DNA of 64,000 nt from Nitrospina sp. LS_NOB. GTDB taxonomy: Bacteria > Nitrospinota > Nitrospinia > Nitrospinales > VA-1. The position numbers and the translations under genes were made by a program. The notes under the pieces are model-generated. The model was not told the DNA's origin. It did not search any database and saw nothing but the letters and a program-made list of their open reading frames with translations. Shown here piece by piece: positions 41,762 through 51,768 of the stretch (within the stretch, counting starts at the first letter, position 1; each line of letters begins with the position of its first letter). The stretch covers positions 96,556 to 160,555 of the forward strand of contig LFLA01000014.1 of NCBI GenBank assembly GCA_001542995.1. The letters are read 5' to 3'.

Positions 41762-42590
41762 ACGCATCATACCCTGTCTGGATGTCAAAGATGGCCGCGT
41801 GGTCAAGGGGGTTAACTTTGTCAATCTCCGCGATGCCGGCGACCCGGTTGAAATCGCTTCTGCCTACGAACTGGAAGGTGCCGACGAACTCACCTTTTTA
41901 GACATCACCGCTTCACACGAAAAACGCGATATTATTCTGGATGTGGTGGCCCGCACTGCCGAAAAAGTGTTCATGCCTTTGACGGTTGGCGGAGGTGTAC
42001 GCACTCTGGATGATATTCGAAGTCTTTTGAAAGCCGGCGCTGATAAAGTCGCCATCAACACTGCCGCCGTCAAGGACCCGGATTTCGTACAACGCGCGGC
42101 AAAACGTTTTGGCAGTCAGTGCATTGTTGTCGCCATTGATGCCAAAGAGGTGCAATCTTCCCGGTCTCAACCCATACATCCCGAATGGGCTTCAGAGCAT
42201 CCGGAACTGCTACTGGAGCAATCCGATTCACCTCCCGCCTGGGAAGTCTACACGCATGGAGGAAGAAACCCGACCGGAATTCATGTTCAAAGATGGGCCC
42301 GAAAAATGGACGCTTATGGAGCGGGAGAAATTTTGCTCACCAGCATGGATCGCGATGGCACCAAAGTCGGATACGACATCGAACTCAACAAAACGGTTTC
42401 TGAATCGGTCACCATTCCCGTTATCGCCTCAGGAGGAGCGGGAACCCTTGAGCACTTATATGAAGGTATTGTAAAAGGAAAAGCCTCCGCCGTGCTGGCC
42501 GCTTCCATTTTTCACTTTAAAGAATTCACCATTCAGGAAACCAAGGCTTACCTGCAATCCAAAGGTGTGACGGTTAGACCCGCTATTTGA
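41751..42590 (+). CDS. hisF: Imidazole glycerol phosphate synthase cyclase subunit
   Basis: [26 protein letters not shown] and ASIFH. Confidence 0.96.
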   Translation: MLAKRIIPCLDVKDGRVVKGVNFVNLRDAGDPVEIASAYELEGADELTFLDITASHEKRDIILDVVARTAEKVFMPLTVGGGVRTLDDIRSLLKAGADKVAINTAAVKDPDFVQRAAKRFGSQCIVVAIDAKEVQSSRSQPIHPEWASEHPELLLEQSDSPPAWEVYTHGGRNPTGIHVQRWARKMDAYGAGEILLTSMDRDGTKVGYDIELNKTVSESVTIPVIASGGAGTLEHLYEGIVKGKASAVLAASIFHFKEFTIQETKAYLQSKGVTVRPAI

Positions 42591-43521
42591 CCCCACAGTG
42601 TTTCAGCTCCAGGGTTTTGGATTTGCTGTCCAGAGTCGCAGATGTCTCTAAAGGAAGGGTCCAGACCTCTTTGCCGTGACCTATCGGACAGTGAGTCAAA
42701 ATCGGGAATCCCGGTTTTGGGAAAAGGTCCGCGAGAATATCTTCAATTGTCCCGTCACCTTTGTGTTGCGGCCGGCAGTTGACCATTTCCCCGAAAATTA
42801 ACCCGCGCACTCCTTTGAACATCCCCGCATTTTTTAACTGCCACAGCATTCCATCAATCCGGTACAAAGGCTCATTGACATCTTCTATCAATAAAATCCT
42901 GTTCCGGGTGTTAATTTCATAGGGGGTGTTTAACGAACGGCACAACAATGTCAAACAGCCTCCCGCAATTTTACCTTGAGCCACTCCTTTGGAAAACACC
43001 TTTGCCTTGGGAGAATGAAATACCTGGCTCTTGGCATCGCCGGTCAACAATGCCTTAAATTGCCGACGTGACTTTTTCATTTCAGCCCGGCCAAAACTCC
43101 CGGCAACCATCGGGCCGTGAAATGCGACCAGCCCGCATTCTTGCACCAGAAAATGGAGTAGCAGGGTTATATCGCTGGACCCCACCACGACTTTGGCATG
43201 AGCTCTTATCTCAGCAGGCTTAAGATAAGGAAGAACACGATTAGCGCCATAGCCCCCGCGAGCGCAAAAAATTGCCCGGACCTCGCGGTTCCTGAACATA
43301 TCCATGATATCCTGAGCTCGATCCTTATCGGGACCTGCCATAAAACGGGAACGGGCATGAACATGTCGGCCCAACAAGGGCTCAAACCCCATGCCACGGA
43401 TCACTTCCAACCCGGTTTCCAACTGTCCCCTGTCAACCGGACCCGCTGGAGCCACCACACCGACAACATCTCCCTCTCTCAATGAGGGCGGACGGATCAG
43501 GGAACGAATCGAATTCGACAT
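42583..43521 (-). CDS. ldcA: LD-carboxypeptidase (S66 family)
   Basis: RGGYG, GSSDIT, HGPM, IEDVNE and PIGHG. Confidence 0.85.
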   Translation of the reverse strand: MSNSIRSLIRPPSLREGDVVGVVAPAGPVDRGQLETGLEVIRGMGFEPLLGRHVHARSRFMAGPDKDRAQDIMDMFRNREVRAIFCARGGYGANRVLPYLKPAEIRAHAKVVVGSSDITLLLHFLVQECGLVAFHGPMVAGSFGRAEMKKSRRQFKALLTGDAKSQVFHSPKAKVFSKGVAQGKIAGGCLTLLCRSLNTPYEINTRNRILLIEDVNEPLYRIDGMLWQLKNAGMFKGVRGLIFGEMVNCRPQHKGDGTIEDILADLFPKPGFPILTHCPIGHGKEVWTLPLETSATLDSKSKTLELKHCGVK

Positions 43522-43582
43522 TACAAATTACCTTTGAAGGATTACAATACCGACTTCAATGAACCTTATCCTTTATTGAAAA

Positions 43583-43945
43583 ATGATTTCTGTTGCCGCT
43601 ATCATTCAAGCCGGAATGGGGCCTGCCCGGTTTCCCGGTAAAAGCCTGCGCCCGATTGCGGGCCTACCCCTGCCGGAGCATATCATTATTCGTTTAAAAC
43701 AGGTGCCGGAAATTGCCGGATTCATTGCACAAGTCTTTGCCGCCATCCCCTGGCATAGAAATGCAGCCGGACTCCAGTTTGTTTACTCTAGACATTTTCA
43801 GGGACAGGTAAAAAACACCGGGAATACCTGTTGTCCGCAATGTCGGAAACTTCTGCTCGAAAGAATCGGGTTTCAGGTCTTAAGCCTTCATTTAAAAGGG
43901 TACCGTTGCCCCTTCTGTAATGTTATGGTACCTTGTCGGCGGGTT
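43583..43945 (+). pseudogene. Chimeric remnant: SpsF-like cytidylyltransferase N-terminus joined to a radical-SAM (AmmeMemoRadiSam-like) C-terminal Zn-ribbon
   Basis: IIQAGMGPARFPGKSL (cf. IIQARMGSxRxPGK) followed by AGLQFVY...NTCCPQCRKLLLERIGF...CPFC. Confidence 0.55.
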
Positions 43946-44080
43946 ATAATTTTGTTCATAAAACACCACCCCGATCATGGCCGTTGGTATAAAAGCAGCC
44001 TTCGGTACTATTTCTCGCAAAATTAACATTCCTGAATAGTATTTTAGCAAACCCCGATTTAAGCATTAAAAGAATCACTT

Positions 44081-45661
44081 ATGACTGAAGACCAAAAGAA
44101 AAAACTGGAACGACAGCTTTGGAATATCGCCAATGAATTACGCGGGAAAATGGCAGCCGATGAATTTCGCGACTATATTCTTGGATTCATTTTCTACAAA
44201 TACCTGTCTGAAAAGCAACATCTTTATGCCAACGAGTTACTCGAAACCGAAAACGTCAAAAATTATACTGATGTAGCCGACGAGGACGATATCGAAGCGA
44301 TCAAAGAAGAGTCTTTGATCAAGCTCGGGTATTTTTTGCGCCCTGGCGAGTTGTTCGCCGCACTCACCCAAAAGGGCAATGCGGATGTTGAGGAGGAAAG
44401 CAATTTCATCCTCGAAGACCTGCAAGGCATTCTTAATTCGATTGAGCAAAGCACGATGGGCACGGAGAGCGAGGACGATTTTAACCAGCTTTTCGAAGAT
44501 ATGGATCTGAGCAGCACCAAGCTGGGCCGCAGTGTCGAGGCCAGAAATACGCTGATTGCCAAGGTTCTTTCCCACCTGAATAAAATCGACTTCGCGCTCG
44601 AAGATTCTGAATCCGATATTCTGGGCGATGCCTATGAATACCTGATTGCACAATTTGCATCCGGTGCCGGTAAAAAAGCCGGTGAATTCTACACCCCGCA
44701 GCAGGTTTCCAAAATCCTCGCCAAAATTGTGACGCTCGATAAAACACGGATTAAATCGGCCTATGACCCCGCATGTGGCTCCGGCTCTCTATTGTTGCGC
44801 ATTGCCCGCGAGGCCGATGTCGGGGAATTCTTCGGGCAGGAGCTGAACCGCACCACCTACAACCTCGCCCGCATGAACATGATTTTGCACGATGTGCATT
44901 TCAGCAAGTTTGATATCCGCCAGGAAGACACGCTGGAACACCCGCAACATCTGGACGAGCGGTTTGACGTGGTGGTGGCCAATCCGCCGTTTTCTGCCCG
45001 GTGGAAGGGCAAGGATAATCCTCTCAATGAAACCGACGACCGGTTCAGCCAGTATGGCGCCCTGGCACCGACCACCAAGGCGGATTTCGCCTTTGTGCAG
45101 CATATGATCCACCAGTTGAACGACAGCGGCACCATGGCCGTGGTTTTACCGCATGGCGTATTATTCCGTGGCGCGGCTGAGGGCAAAATCCGCCAATACA
45201 TCATTCAAGAGCAAAATTATCTGGATGCGGTGATCGGCCTGCCTGCCAACCTGTTTTACGGCACCAGCATTCCGGCCTGTATTCTGGTGTTCAAGAAATG
45301 CCGTGTGCATGACGACGATATTCTATTCATTGACGCCAGCCAACATTTCGAGAAGGTCGGCAACCAGAACGCGCTGACCGATGAGCACGTTGCCAGGATT
45401 GTCGAGACCTATCAGAACCGCGAGAATATAGACAAATACGCCTATGCCGCGCCGCTGAGCGAGATTGCCGAGAACGACTATAACCTCAACATTCCACGCT
45501 ATGTGGATACCTTTGAGGAGGAAGCACCGGTGGATGTCGAAGCGGTCGCGGCGGAGCTACAAGCACTGAAAAGCGATATGCAGGCCACCGATGCCACTAT
45601 CGCCGGATTTTGTAAGGAGCTGGGAATATCCAGCCCGTTTCAGGTATCGGTGAGCGAATGA
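44081..45661 (+). CDS. hsdM: Type I R-M methyltransferase subunit
   Basis: LWNIANELRG, GEFYTP, DPACGSG, NPPF and PHGVLFRG. Confidence 0.96.
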   Translation: MTEDQKKKLERQLWNIANELRGKMAADEFRDYILGFIFYKYLSEKQHLYANELLETENVKNYTDVADEDDIEAIKEESLIKLGYFLRPGELFAALTQKGNADVEEESNFILEDLQGILNSIEQSTMGTESEDDFNQLFEDMDLSSTKLGRSVEARNTLIAKVLSHLNKIDFALEDSESDILGDAYEYLIAQFASGAGKKAGEFYTPQQVSKILAKIVTLDKTRIKSAYDPACGSGSLLLRIAREADVGEFFGQELNRTTYNLARMNMILHDVHFSKFDIRQEDTLEHPQHLDERFDVVVANPPFSARWKGKDNPLNETDDRFSQYGALAPTTKADFAFVQHMIHQLNDSGTMAVVLPHGVLFRGAAEGKIRQYIIQEQNYLDAVIGLPANLFYGTSIPACILVFKKCRVHDDDILFIDASQHFEKVGNQNALTDEHVARIVETYQNRENIDKYAYAAPLSEIAENDYNLNIPRYVDTFEEEAPVDVEAVAAELQALKSDMQATDATIAGFCKELGISSPFQVSVSE

Positions 45662-46869
45662 CACAGACACAAGAACATAACGTGCCTGCCTTGCGGTTTC
45701 CTGAGTTTAGCGGGGAGTGGGAAAGCAATACTATTGCCGATGTGGCTGAAGTAAAAGGAGGCAAACGATTACCTCTGGGAAATTCACTATCTGATATAGA
45801 TACAGGCTTCCCGTATATTACTGTTTCGGATTTTGAAAACGGTTCCGTAAGTCTCGAAAAAATTAAGTTTGTTCCGAAAAGCGTGCAACCATCAATTGCA
45901 CGATACACGATTTCATCGGACGACATTTATATTTCGGTTGCTGGCACTCTTGGATTGGTTGGAATAATCCCACAAAAACTGGGTGGAGCAAACCTAACAG
46001 AGAATGCGGATAAGCTTACTAAAATCACCTTAAATCGTGATTTTCTACTCCAATTTCTAAAATCAGAACGATTGAAAAAACTGATAAAATCTGTGCAAAC
46101 CAACAATGCACAACCCAAACTTTCTATTGCTGCAATTAAAAAGATGAAAGTTGGTTTCCCAGACGCCCCCGAGCAACAAAAAATCGCCGATTTCCTATCC
46201 TCGGTCGATAGCAAAATCGAACAACTCAGCAAGAAAAAAGCCCTTTTGGAGCAGTACAAAAAAGGCGTGATGCAAAAGCTCTTTTCGAGGGAGCTGCGCT
46301 TCAAAGACGCGAACGGCAATGATTTTCCTGAGTGGGTGGAGAAGCGGCTCTGTAAAATGGCAATAATTGTTATGGGAACTTCTCCTAAATCTGAATCCTA
46401 CAATAATCATTCTGAAGGGTTGCCCCTTATTCAAGGAAACGCAGATATCAGGGATAGAAAATCAGCACCTAGGGTTTTTACATCTGTTGTTACAAAAGAG
46501 TGTCTACCTGCGGACATTCTGTTGAGTGTGAGAGCACCGGTTGGTGAAGTTTCAATTTCAACTCGCCATGCTTGCATTGGGAGAGGTATATCTGCTGTTC
46601 GAGCTACCCAGAGCAATGTTCAAGAATTTTTGTATCAATTTCTTCTTTGGTATGAGCCGCGTTGGAGACGAATTTCTCAAGGTAGCACTTTTGAATCTGT
46701 AAATTCAGATGACATTAAGCAATTAAAATGCCCAAACCCAAGCCAATTAGAACAACAAAAAATTGCTGATTTCCTCTCAAGTATTGACGATAAAATCGAC
46801 CTTATTACCACCGAGCTCACCCAAGCGCAAGTTTTCAAAAAAGGCTTGCTGCAACAGATGTTTGTTTAA
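45658..46869 (+). CDS. hsdS: Type I R-M specificity subunit
   Basis: PALRFPEF, two TRDs each followed by EQQKIADFL, terminal KKGLLQQMFV; ATGA overlap with hsdM. Confidence 0.95.
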   Translation: MTQTQEHNVPALRFPEFSGEWESNTIADVAEVKGGKRLPLGNSLSDIDTGFPYITVSDFENGSVSLEKIKFVPKSVQPSIARYTISSDDIYISVAGTLGLVGIIPQKLGGANLTENADKLTKITLNRDFLLQFLKSERLKKLIKSVQTNNAQPKLSIAAIKKMKVGFPDAPEQQKIADFLSSVDSKIEQLSKKKALLEQYKKGVMQKLFSRELRFKDANGNDFPEWVEKRLCKMAIIVMGTSPKSESYNNHSEGLPLIQGNADIRDRKSAPRVFTSVVTKECLPADILLSVRAPVGEVSISTRHACIGRGISAVRATQSNVQEFLYQFLLWYEPRWRRISQGSTFESVNSDDIKQLKCPNPSQLEQQKIADFLSSIDDKIDLITTELTQAQVFKKGLLQQMFV

Positions 46870-46878
46870 TGGTGGACT

Positions 46879-47499
46879 ATGGAGAAATTAAAAAAAGAAA
46901 TACATAGGGTAAAGCGGCATAATCTGGAATATTACCAAAGCCACCTCACATTGATTGAGGGTTACATCGTAGAAAAACCTGATATATCCATTGAAACATG
47001 CAAAGCATTGATTGAGGGAATATCAAAGCTTGCCCTTCATTTACTCGCACAAGAACCCATAGATTCACATAATAATGCAGATCTTTCTGACCTCTTTAAA
47101 AGATCGCTTTCTGAATTACAAAAAGGGCGCGGCTACTCAGATGTTTTTTTGGTGAAAAGATTAGGGTCAGTTGTACAGTATATTGGTGAAATCCGAAACT
47201 ATCACAGCGACATTAGTCATGGGCGCGCTTCTCTTAAAGATCAAGTAAGTGACGCTGATTTTGCAGAATTAATCATAGGGGTGACTGATAATCTTTGCAC
47301 CTATATGCTTCGCCGATTAGATATGCTGAGCGAGCAAGAACTCCTCTATGAAGACAATCCAGAATTTAACGATTCTCTCGACGAACAACACCCTTTAGAG
47401 GGCCGTGTTCTCTATAGCAAGGCTCTTTTTGACCAAGAATTTGAAACATACGAATTAGAGTTAGGTGATTATATAATGGAAAGTGATACAGAAGAGTAA
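46879..47499 (+). CDS. Abortive-infection Abi_C-like protein (HEPN-like RN...H motif)
   Basis: SIETCKALIE...IGEIRNYHSDISHGR; inserted between hsdS and hsdR. Confidence 0.65.
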   Translation: MEKLKKEIHRVKRHNLEYYQSHLTLIEGYIVEKPDISIETCKALIEGISKLALHLLAQEPIDSHNNADLSDLFKRSLSELQKGRGYSDVFLVKRLGSVVQYIGEIRNYHSDISHGRASLKDQVSDADFAELIIGVTDNLCTYMLRRLDMLSEQELLYEDNPEFNDSLDEQHPLEGRVLYSKALFDQEFETYELELGDYIMESDTEE

Positions 47500-47563
47500 T
47501 TGCCACCGAACTGCGCCAAGCGCAAGCTTTCGATAAGGCTTGCTACAACAAATCTTTATATAA
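47499..47563 (+). pseudogene. Relic 3' end of a second hsdS
   Basis: attgccaccgaactgcgccaagcgcaagctttcgataaggcttgctacaacaaatctttatataa aligns codon-for-codon (1-bp gap) with hsdS 46804-46869. Confidence 0.85.
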
Positions 47564-47587
47564 TACTTGAGGGAAACGGAGTATAAA

Positions 47588-47992
47588 ATGACGGATCAGG
47601 ACATTAGATGGCAACAACGTTTTTCAAATTATAAGCGGGCCTTGGGACAACTTTCCAAGTTCATGCAAACGGAGGAGCTTAACGACTTGGAGAAGCAGGG
47701 GCTTATTCAGGCTTTTGAATATACGCATGAACTGGCTTGGAAAACTTTGAGCGACTTTTTAAAATATAAGGGTAATGCCGAAATTTACGGCTCTAAAGAT
47801 ACAACACGAGGGGCCTTCGCTCTTGACCTCATCGAAAATGGCAATGTCTGGATGGATATGATTGATAGTCGCAATATGACGTCTCACACCTACAATGAAT
47901 CCGTCACAGAAGAAATCATTGAAAGCATCACCTATGATTACTATCCCGCTTTTGGCGCGTTAGAAACAAAACTGGAAGATCTCATCACATGA
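47588..47992 (+). CDS. HEPN toxin, HI0074 (nucleotidyltransferase substrate-binding) family
   Basis: RWQQRFSNY, GLIQAFEYTHELAWK and RNMTSHTY (RX4HXY). Confidence 0.9.
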   Translation: MTDQDIRWQQRFSNYKRALGQLSKFMQTEELNDLEKQGLIQAFEYTHELAWKTLSDFLKYKGNAEIYGSKDTTRGAFALDLIENGNVWMDMIDSRNMTSHTYNESVTEEIIESITYDYYPAFGALETKLEDLIT

Positions 47993-50900
47993 ATTCGGGT
48001 TTAAGCGCCAGTAATACTCAAAAAATCTACGGAGTTTTTCAAAACTTTGGTCAAATAGATTCATGTCTATTATATGGCTCACGCGCAATGGGAACTTATA
48101 AGGATGGCTCAGATATTGATCTAACCTTAAAGGGAGCAAACCTTGATTTGAATATCTTGAAGCGGGTTACTAATGCGCTTGATGATTTACTGTTACCCTA
48201 TCATTTTGATTTGTCTATTTATGCGAAATTGCAAAATCAGGATATTATCGACCATATAAATCGCGTTGGCGTACCATTTTATCAAAAAGAAAAGCCAGTA
48301 AAAAGCAAGGCTACACAATCAGAATTAGAGCTAGAAAATAACCTAATCGCTCAACTGCAAACATTGGGCTATGAAAAAGTACCTATTGAAGATGAAGATG
48401 CACTTTTAATCAATCTTAAAAAGCAACTCGAAAAACATAACAGGACTCTTCTCTCAGATCTAGAATTCCGCCAAATCCTCAATAAACTGGCGAAGGGAAA
48501 CATCTTTGAAAAAGCCAAAATCCTGCGTGATAGGGTCGATTATATCAAAGACGATGGTGAGACCGGCTATATTGAGCTGATCGATCAAATCCACTGGTGC
48601 AAAAACCAATACCAGGTGACGCATCAGGTCACGATGAAAGGCAAATACGCCAACCGCTATGACGTGACGATTCTGGTCAACGGCCTGCCCCTGGTGCAGA
48701 TTGAGCTAAAGCGCCGTGGTCTGGAAATGAAAGAAGCGTTCAACCAGACCAACCGATACCACCGGCATTCGTTTTCGGCAGGCTATGGGCTGTTTGGCTA
48801 TATCCAGCTTTTTGTGATCAGCAACGGGGTCAACACCAGGTATTACGCCAACAATCCGGTCAACAAACGCGATTTCAAGCAGACGTTTTTCTGGTCAGAC
48901 AAGGACAACAGGAAAATTACTCAGCTTAGCGAATTTGCCGAAGCGTTTTTGGAGAAATGCCAGCTTTCAAAAATGATCACTAAATATGTGGTGCTGAACG
49001 AAAGTTCCACCACCTTGATGGTGTTGCGCCCGTATCAATATTATACGGTTGAAGCCATTGTTGAACAGGTGCGCAATACCGGGAAACACGGCTATATCTG
49101 GCACACGACCGGATCAGGCAAAACCCTCACCTCTTTCAAGGCCGCACAGATTCTCACGCAATCGCCCCAGGTGCATAAGGTGGTGTTTGTGGTCGATAGA
49201 AAAGACCTCGATTACCAGACCATCAAAGAGTTCAACAGCTTTTCCGCAGGTTCAGTGGACGCCACCAACAACACCCGGAAACTGGTGGAACAGTTCGCCG
49301 ATGATACAAAGCTTATTGTAACCACCCTGCAAAAGCTCAACACCGCAATCAGCAAGACCGTGTATCTTGCCGGCATGTCAAGGCTGCAAGACAAGCGCAT
49401 GGTATTCATCTTTGACGAATGCCACCGCAGCCAGTTTGGAGACACCCACAAACGCATCAAGGCGTTTTTTCATAACGTGCAGATGTTCGGCTTTACCGGC
49501 ACGCCGATTTTTCCTGCCAATGCCGCCAGGAATGCGCTTGGAAAACGCACGACCAAAGACCTGTTTGGCGAATGTCTGCATAAGTATGTGATTACGGATG
49601 CTATCCGCGATGAAAACGTGCTGAAGTTTTCAGTCGAGTATATCCGCACAGTGAAACAAAAGGACAGTGTGGCCGATATTGAAGTCGAGGCGATTGATAC
49701 GGCGGAAGTGATGGAAGCCCCGGAGCGGCTCAACAACATCACCGACTACATCATTGCCAACCATAGCCGGAAAACCCACTCACGAGAATTTAATGCTATT
49801 TTTTGTGTTTCAAACATCAAAACTCTGATGGCCTATTATGAGTTGCTGAAACAGAAAAAAGATGCTGAAAAGCACAACCTGCGGATCGGGGCGATTTTCT
49901 CCTACCAGGCAAACGAAGAAGACAGGGACGCGGACGGAACCGACAGCGATGATATGCCCGATGACAGCAAGCCGATCAACACGCACAGCCGCGAGAAGCT
50001 CGATGAGTATATCGACGACTACAACGCGATGTTTGGCACCAATTATTCGACCGATAATTTCTATGGCTATTACAAGGATATCGGCAAGCGTGTGAAGACG
50101 CGTCAGGTTGATATTCTGCTGGTCGTGAATATGTTTTTAACTGGGTTTGATAGCAAAGCTCTCAATACCATTTATGTGGACAAGAACCTCAAATATCACG
50201 GGCTGATACAGGCTTATTCCCGCACCAACCGGATCATGGGACAAAGGAAGTCCCAAGGGAATGTCGTGTGTTTTCGTAACCTGAAACCGGCCACCGATGA
50301 GGCGATTGAATTATTTGCCAATAAGGATGCCATCGAAGAGATCATTCTGGCACCCTACGAAACCTACCTGAAACGCTTTGCCGATGCCGTTGTGAACCTG
50401 CAAACGATCACACCCACCGTGGACAGTGTTGATGGCCTGCCCACCGAAGACGATGAAGCAAAATTCATTCAGGCTTTCCGCGAGATTATCCGCCTGAAAA
50501 ACGTACTCGACTGCTTCACCGAGTTCAGCTTTGACGATCTCCCTATGGATGAACAGCTTTTTGCTGACTACCGCAGCAAATACCTGGACCTCTACGACAA
50601 GGTTCGAAGCGAAAACGAGAAAGAAAAGGTTTCAATCCTCGATGACATTGATTTTGAGCTTGAGCTGATCCGCAGAGATAAAATCAATGTGAGCTACATC
50701 ATTGCGTTGCTGCAAAACCTGCAAGATACGACACCCGCCAATCTGGAAAAACAACATAAAATAATTTTGGCAATGCTTGATACTGAAACGCAACTTAGAA
50801 GTAAAAAGGAATTAATTGAGAAGTTCATAGCTCACCATTTTCCCAACATACCCAAAGGAGGGGATATTGGCGAAGAATTCGAAAGCTACTGGAATGCGGA

Positions 50901-51126
50901 AAAACGACAAGCCATCGAAGAGCTGAGTACCGCCGAAGGCCTGGACCTGGAAGGGTTGCAAAAGGTCATAGACGACTATTTGTTCACTGATAAATCCCCC
51001 ATGCGGGATGATGTGATCGGAATCATGAGCAAGCGTCCTGCCCTCAAAGAACGCCGCACGGTTTCTGAACGCATTATCGACAAAATAAAATCCTTCGTGG
51101 AAACATTTATTGATGGTATTGATTAA
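47989..51126 (+). CDS. hsdR: MNT nucleotidyltransferase fused to type I restriction endonuclease subunit R
   Basis: First ~98 aa carry GSRAMGTYKDGSDID (GSX10DXD) and end GVPFY. Then QSELELE, RYDVTILVNGLPLVQIELK, HTTGSGKT, DECHR and FTGTP, with no intervening stop. Confidence 0.92.
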   Translation: MNSGLSASNTQKIYGVFQNFGQIDSCLLYGSRAMGTYKDGSDIDLTLKGANLDLNILKRVTNALDDLLLPYHFDLSIYAKLQNQDIIDHINRVGVPFYQKEKPVKSKATQSELELENNLIAQLQTLGYEKVPIEDEDALLINLKKQLEKHNRTLLSDLEFRQILNKLAKGNIFEKAKILRDRVDYIKDDGETGYIELIDQIHWCKNQYQVTHQVTMKGKYANRYDVTILVNGLPLVQIELKRRGLEMKEAFNQTNRYHRHSFSAGYGLFGYIQLFVISNGVNTRYYANNPVNKRDFKQTFFWSDKDNRKITQLSEFAEAFLEKCQLSKMITKYVVLNESSTTLMVLRPYQYYTVEAIVEQVRNTGKHGYIWHTTGSGKTLTSFKAAQILTQSPQVHKVVFVVDRKDLDYQTIKEFNSFSAGSVDATNNTRKLVEQFADDTKLIVTTLQKLNTAISKTVYLAGMSRLQDKRMVFIFDECHRSQFGDTHKRIKAFFHNVQMFGFTGTPIFPANAARNALGKRTTKDLFGECLHKYVITDAIRDENVLKFSVEYIRTVKQKDSVADIEVEAIDTAEVMEAPERLNNITDYIIANHSRKTHSREFNAIFCVSNIKTLMAYYELLKQKKDAEKHNLRIGAIFSYQANEEDRDADGTDSDDMPDDSKPINTHSREKLDEYIDDYNAMFGTNYSTDNFYGYYKDIGKRVKTRQVDILLVVNMFLTGFDSKALNTIYVDKNLKYHGLIQAYSRTNRIMGQRKSQGNVVCFRNLKPATDEAIELFANKDAIEEIILAPYETYLKRFADAVVNLQTITPTVDSVDGLPTEDDEAKFIQAFREIIRLKNVLDCFTEFSFDDLPMDEQLFADYRSKYLDLYDKVRSENEKEKVSILDDIDFELELIRRDKINVSYIIALLQNLQDTTPANLEKQHKIILAMLDTETQLRSKKELIEKFIAHHFPNIPKGGDIGEEFESYWNAEKRQAIEELSTAEGLDLEGLQKVIDDYLFTDKSPMRDDVIGIMSKRPALKERRTVSERIIDKIKSFVETFIDGID

Positions 51127-51144
51127 GGGGTTTATCCCAAGACA

Positions 51145-51271
51145 GAGACCTTTCATAACCCGAGATTCTTCGTCACCTTGTTCCTCAGAATGACAAAATG
51201 GCCCAGTATTGTCATTCTGAACGCAGTGAAGAATCTCGCTTTTCTGTTTTATCGACTTATGCAAAGGTCTC
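51145..51271. mobile_element. Composite MITE (127 bp) with 6-bp flanking duplication AAGACA
   Basis: Ends gagacctttcataa and ttatgcaaaggtctc; aagaca at 51139-51144 and 51272-51277; internal inverted GTCATTCTGA...GAAGAATCTC pair. Confidence 0.85.
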
Positions 51272-51318
51272 AAGACAGGCACAAACCCGTTTATCTGTGT
51301 CTTTTTCTAAAAATTTTT

Positions 51319-51628
51319 CGGGGTTGCCCTTGGATAATGCCTGAAAAGTGCTGTCACGGGAGGCACACGAAAGAGTCGTCCAGGCAGTTATAAGCAGGCC
51401 CGTCTGGTCGAGCATTTTGTCGCAGGAACAACCGCACGAACAGCAACCGGTTTTTGCGGGGTGAACCGCAAAACGCTGGCGCGTAAATTCAATGGTGTCC
51501 CAAAAGCCCGATTCGGGCTATATTTGAAGAAATGTGAGCGGCGTTTTAATAACAGTGACCTGCCAAGCTAATTATCGTAATTAAAACAATTGGTAGATAG
51601 TATTTGATCTGTTTTGCCGGGTCAGTCC
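51319..51628 (+). mobile_element. Internally deleted IS1595-family (IS1016-like) element
   Basis: Remnants SYKQARLVEHFVAGTTART and RKFNGVPKARFGLYLKKCERRFN; degenerate IRs; aaattttt duplicated at 51311-51318 and 51629-51636. Confidence 0.75.
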
Positions 51629-51768
51629 AAATTTTTAATTGCAAGCCATGAATACCCTGTGATAGTTTTTCCGTACGTAAATTTCCTGCATGATGGTTCA
51701 CTTCAAGTTTTCTGCTTTACCAAAGTTAAAGACCCCTTGGAAAGATTACAGTCATATGGAGAATCGGG

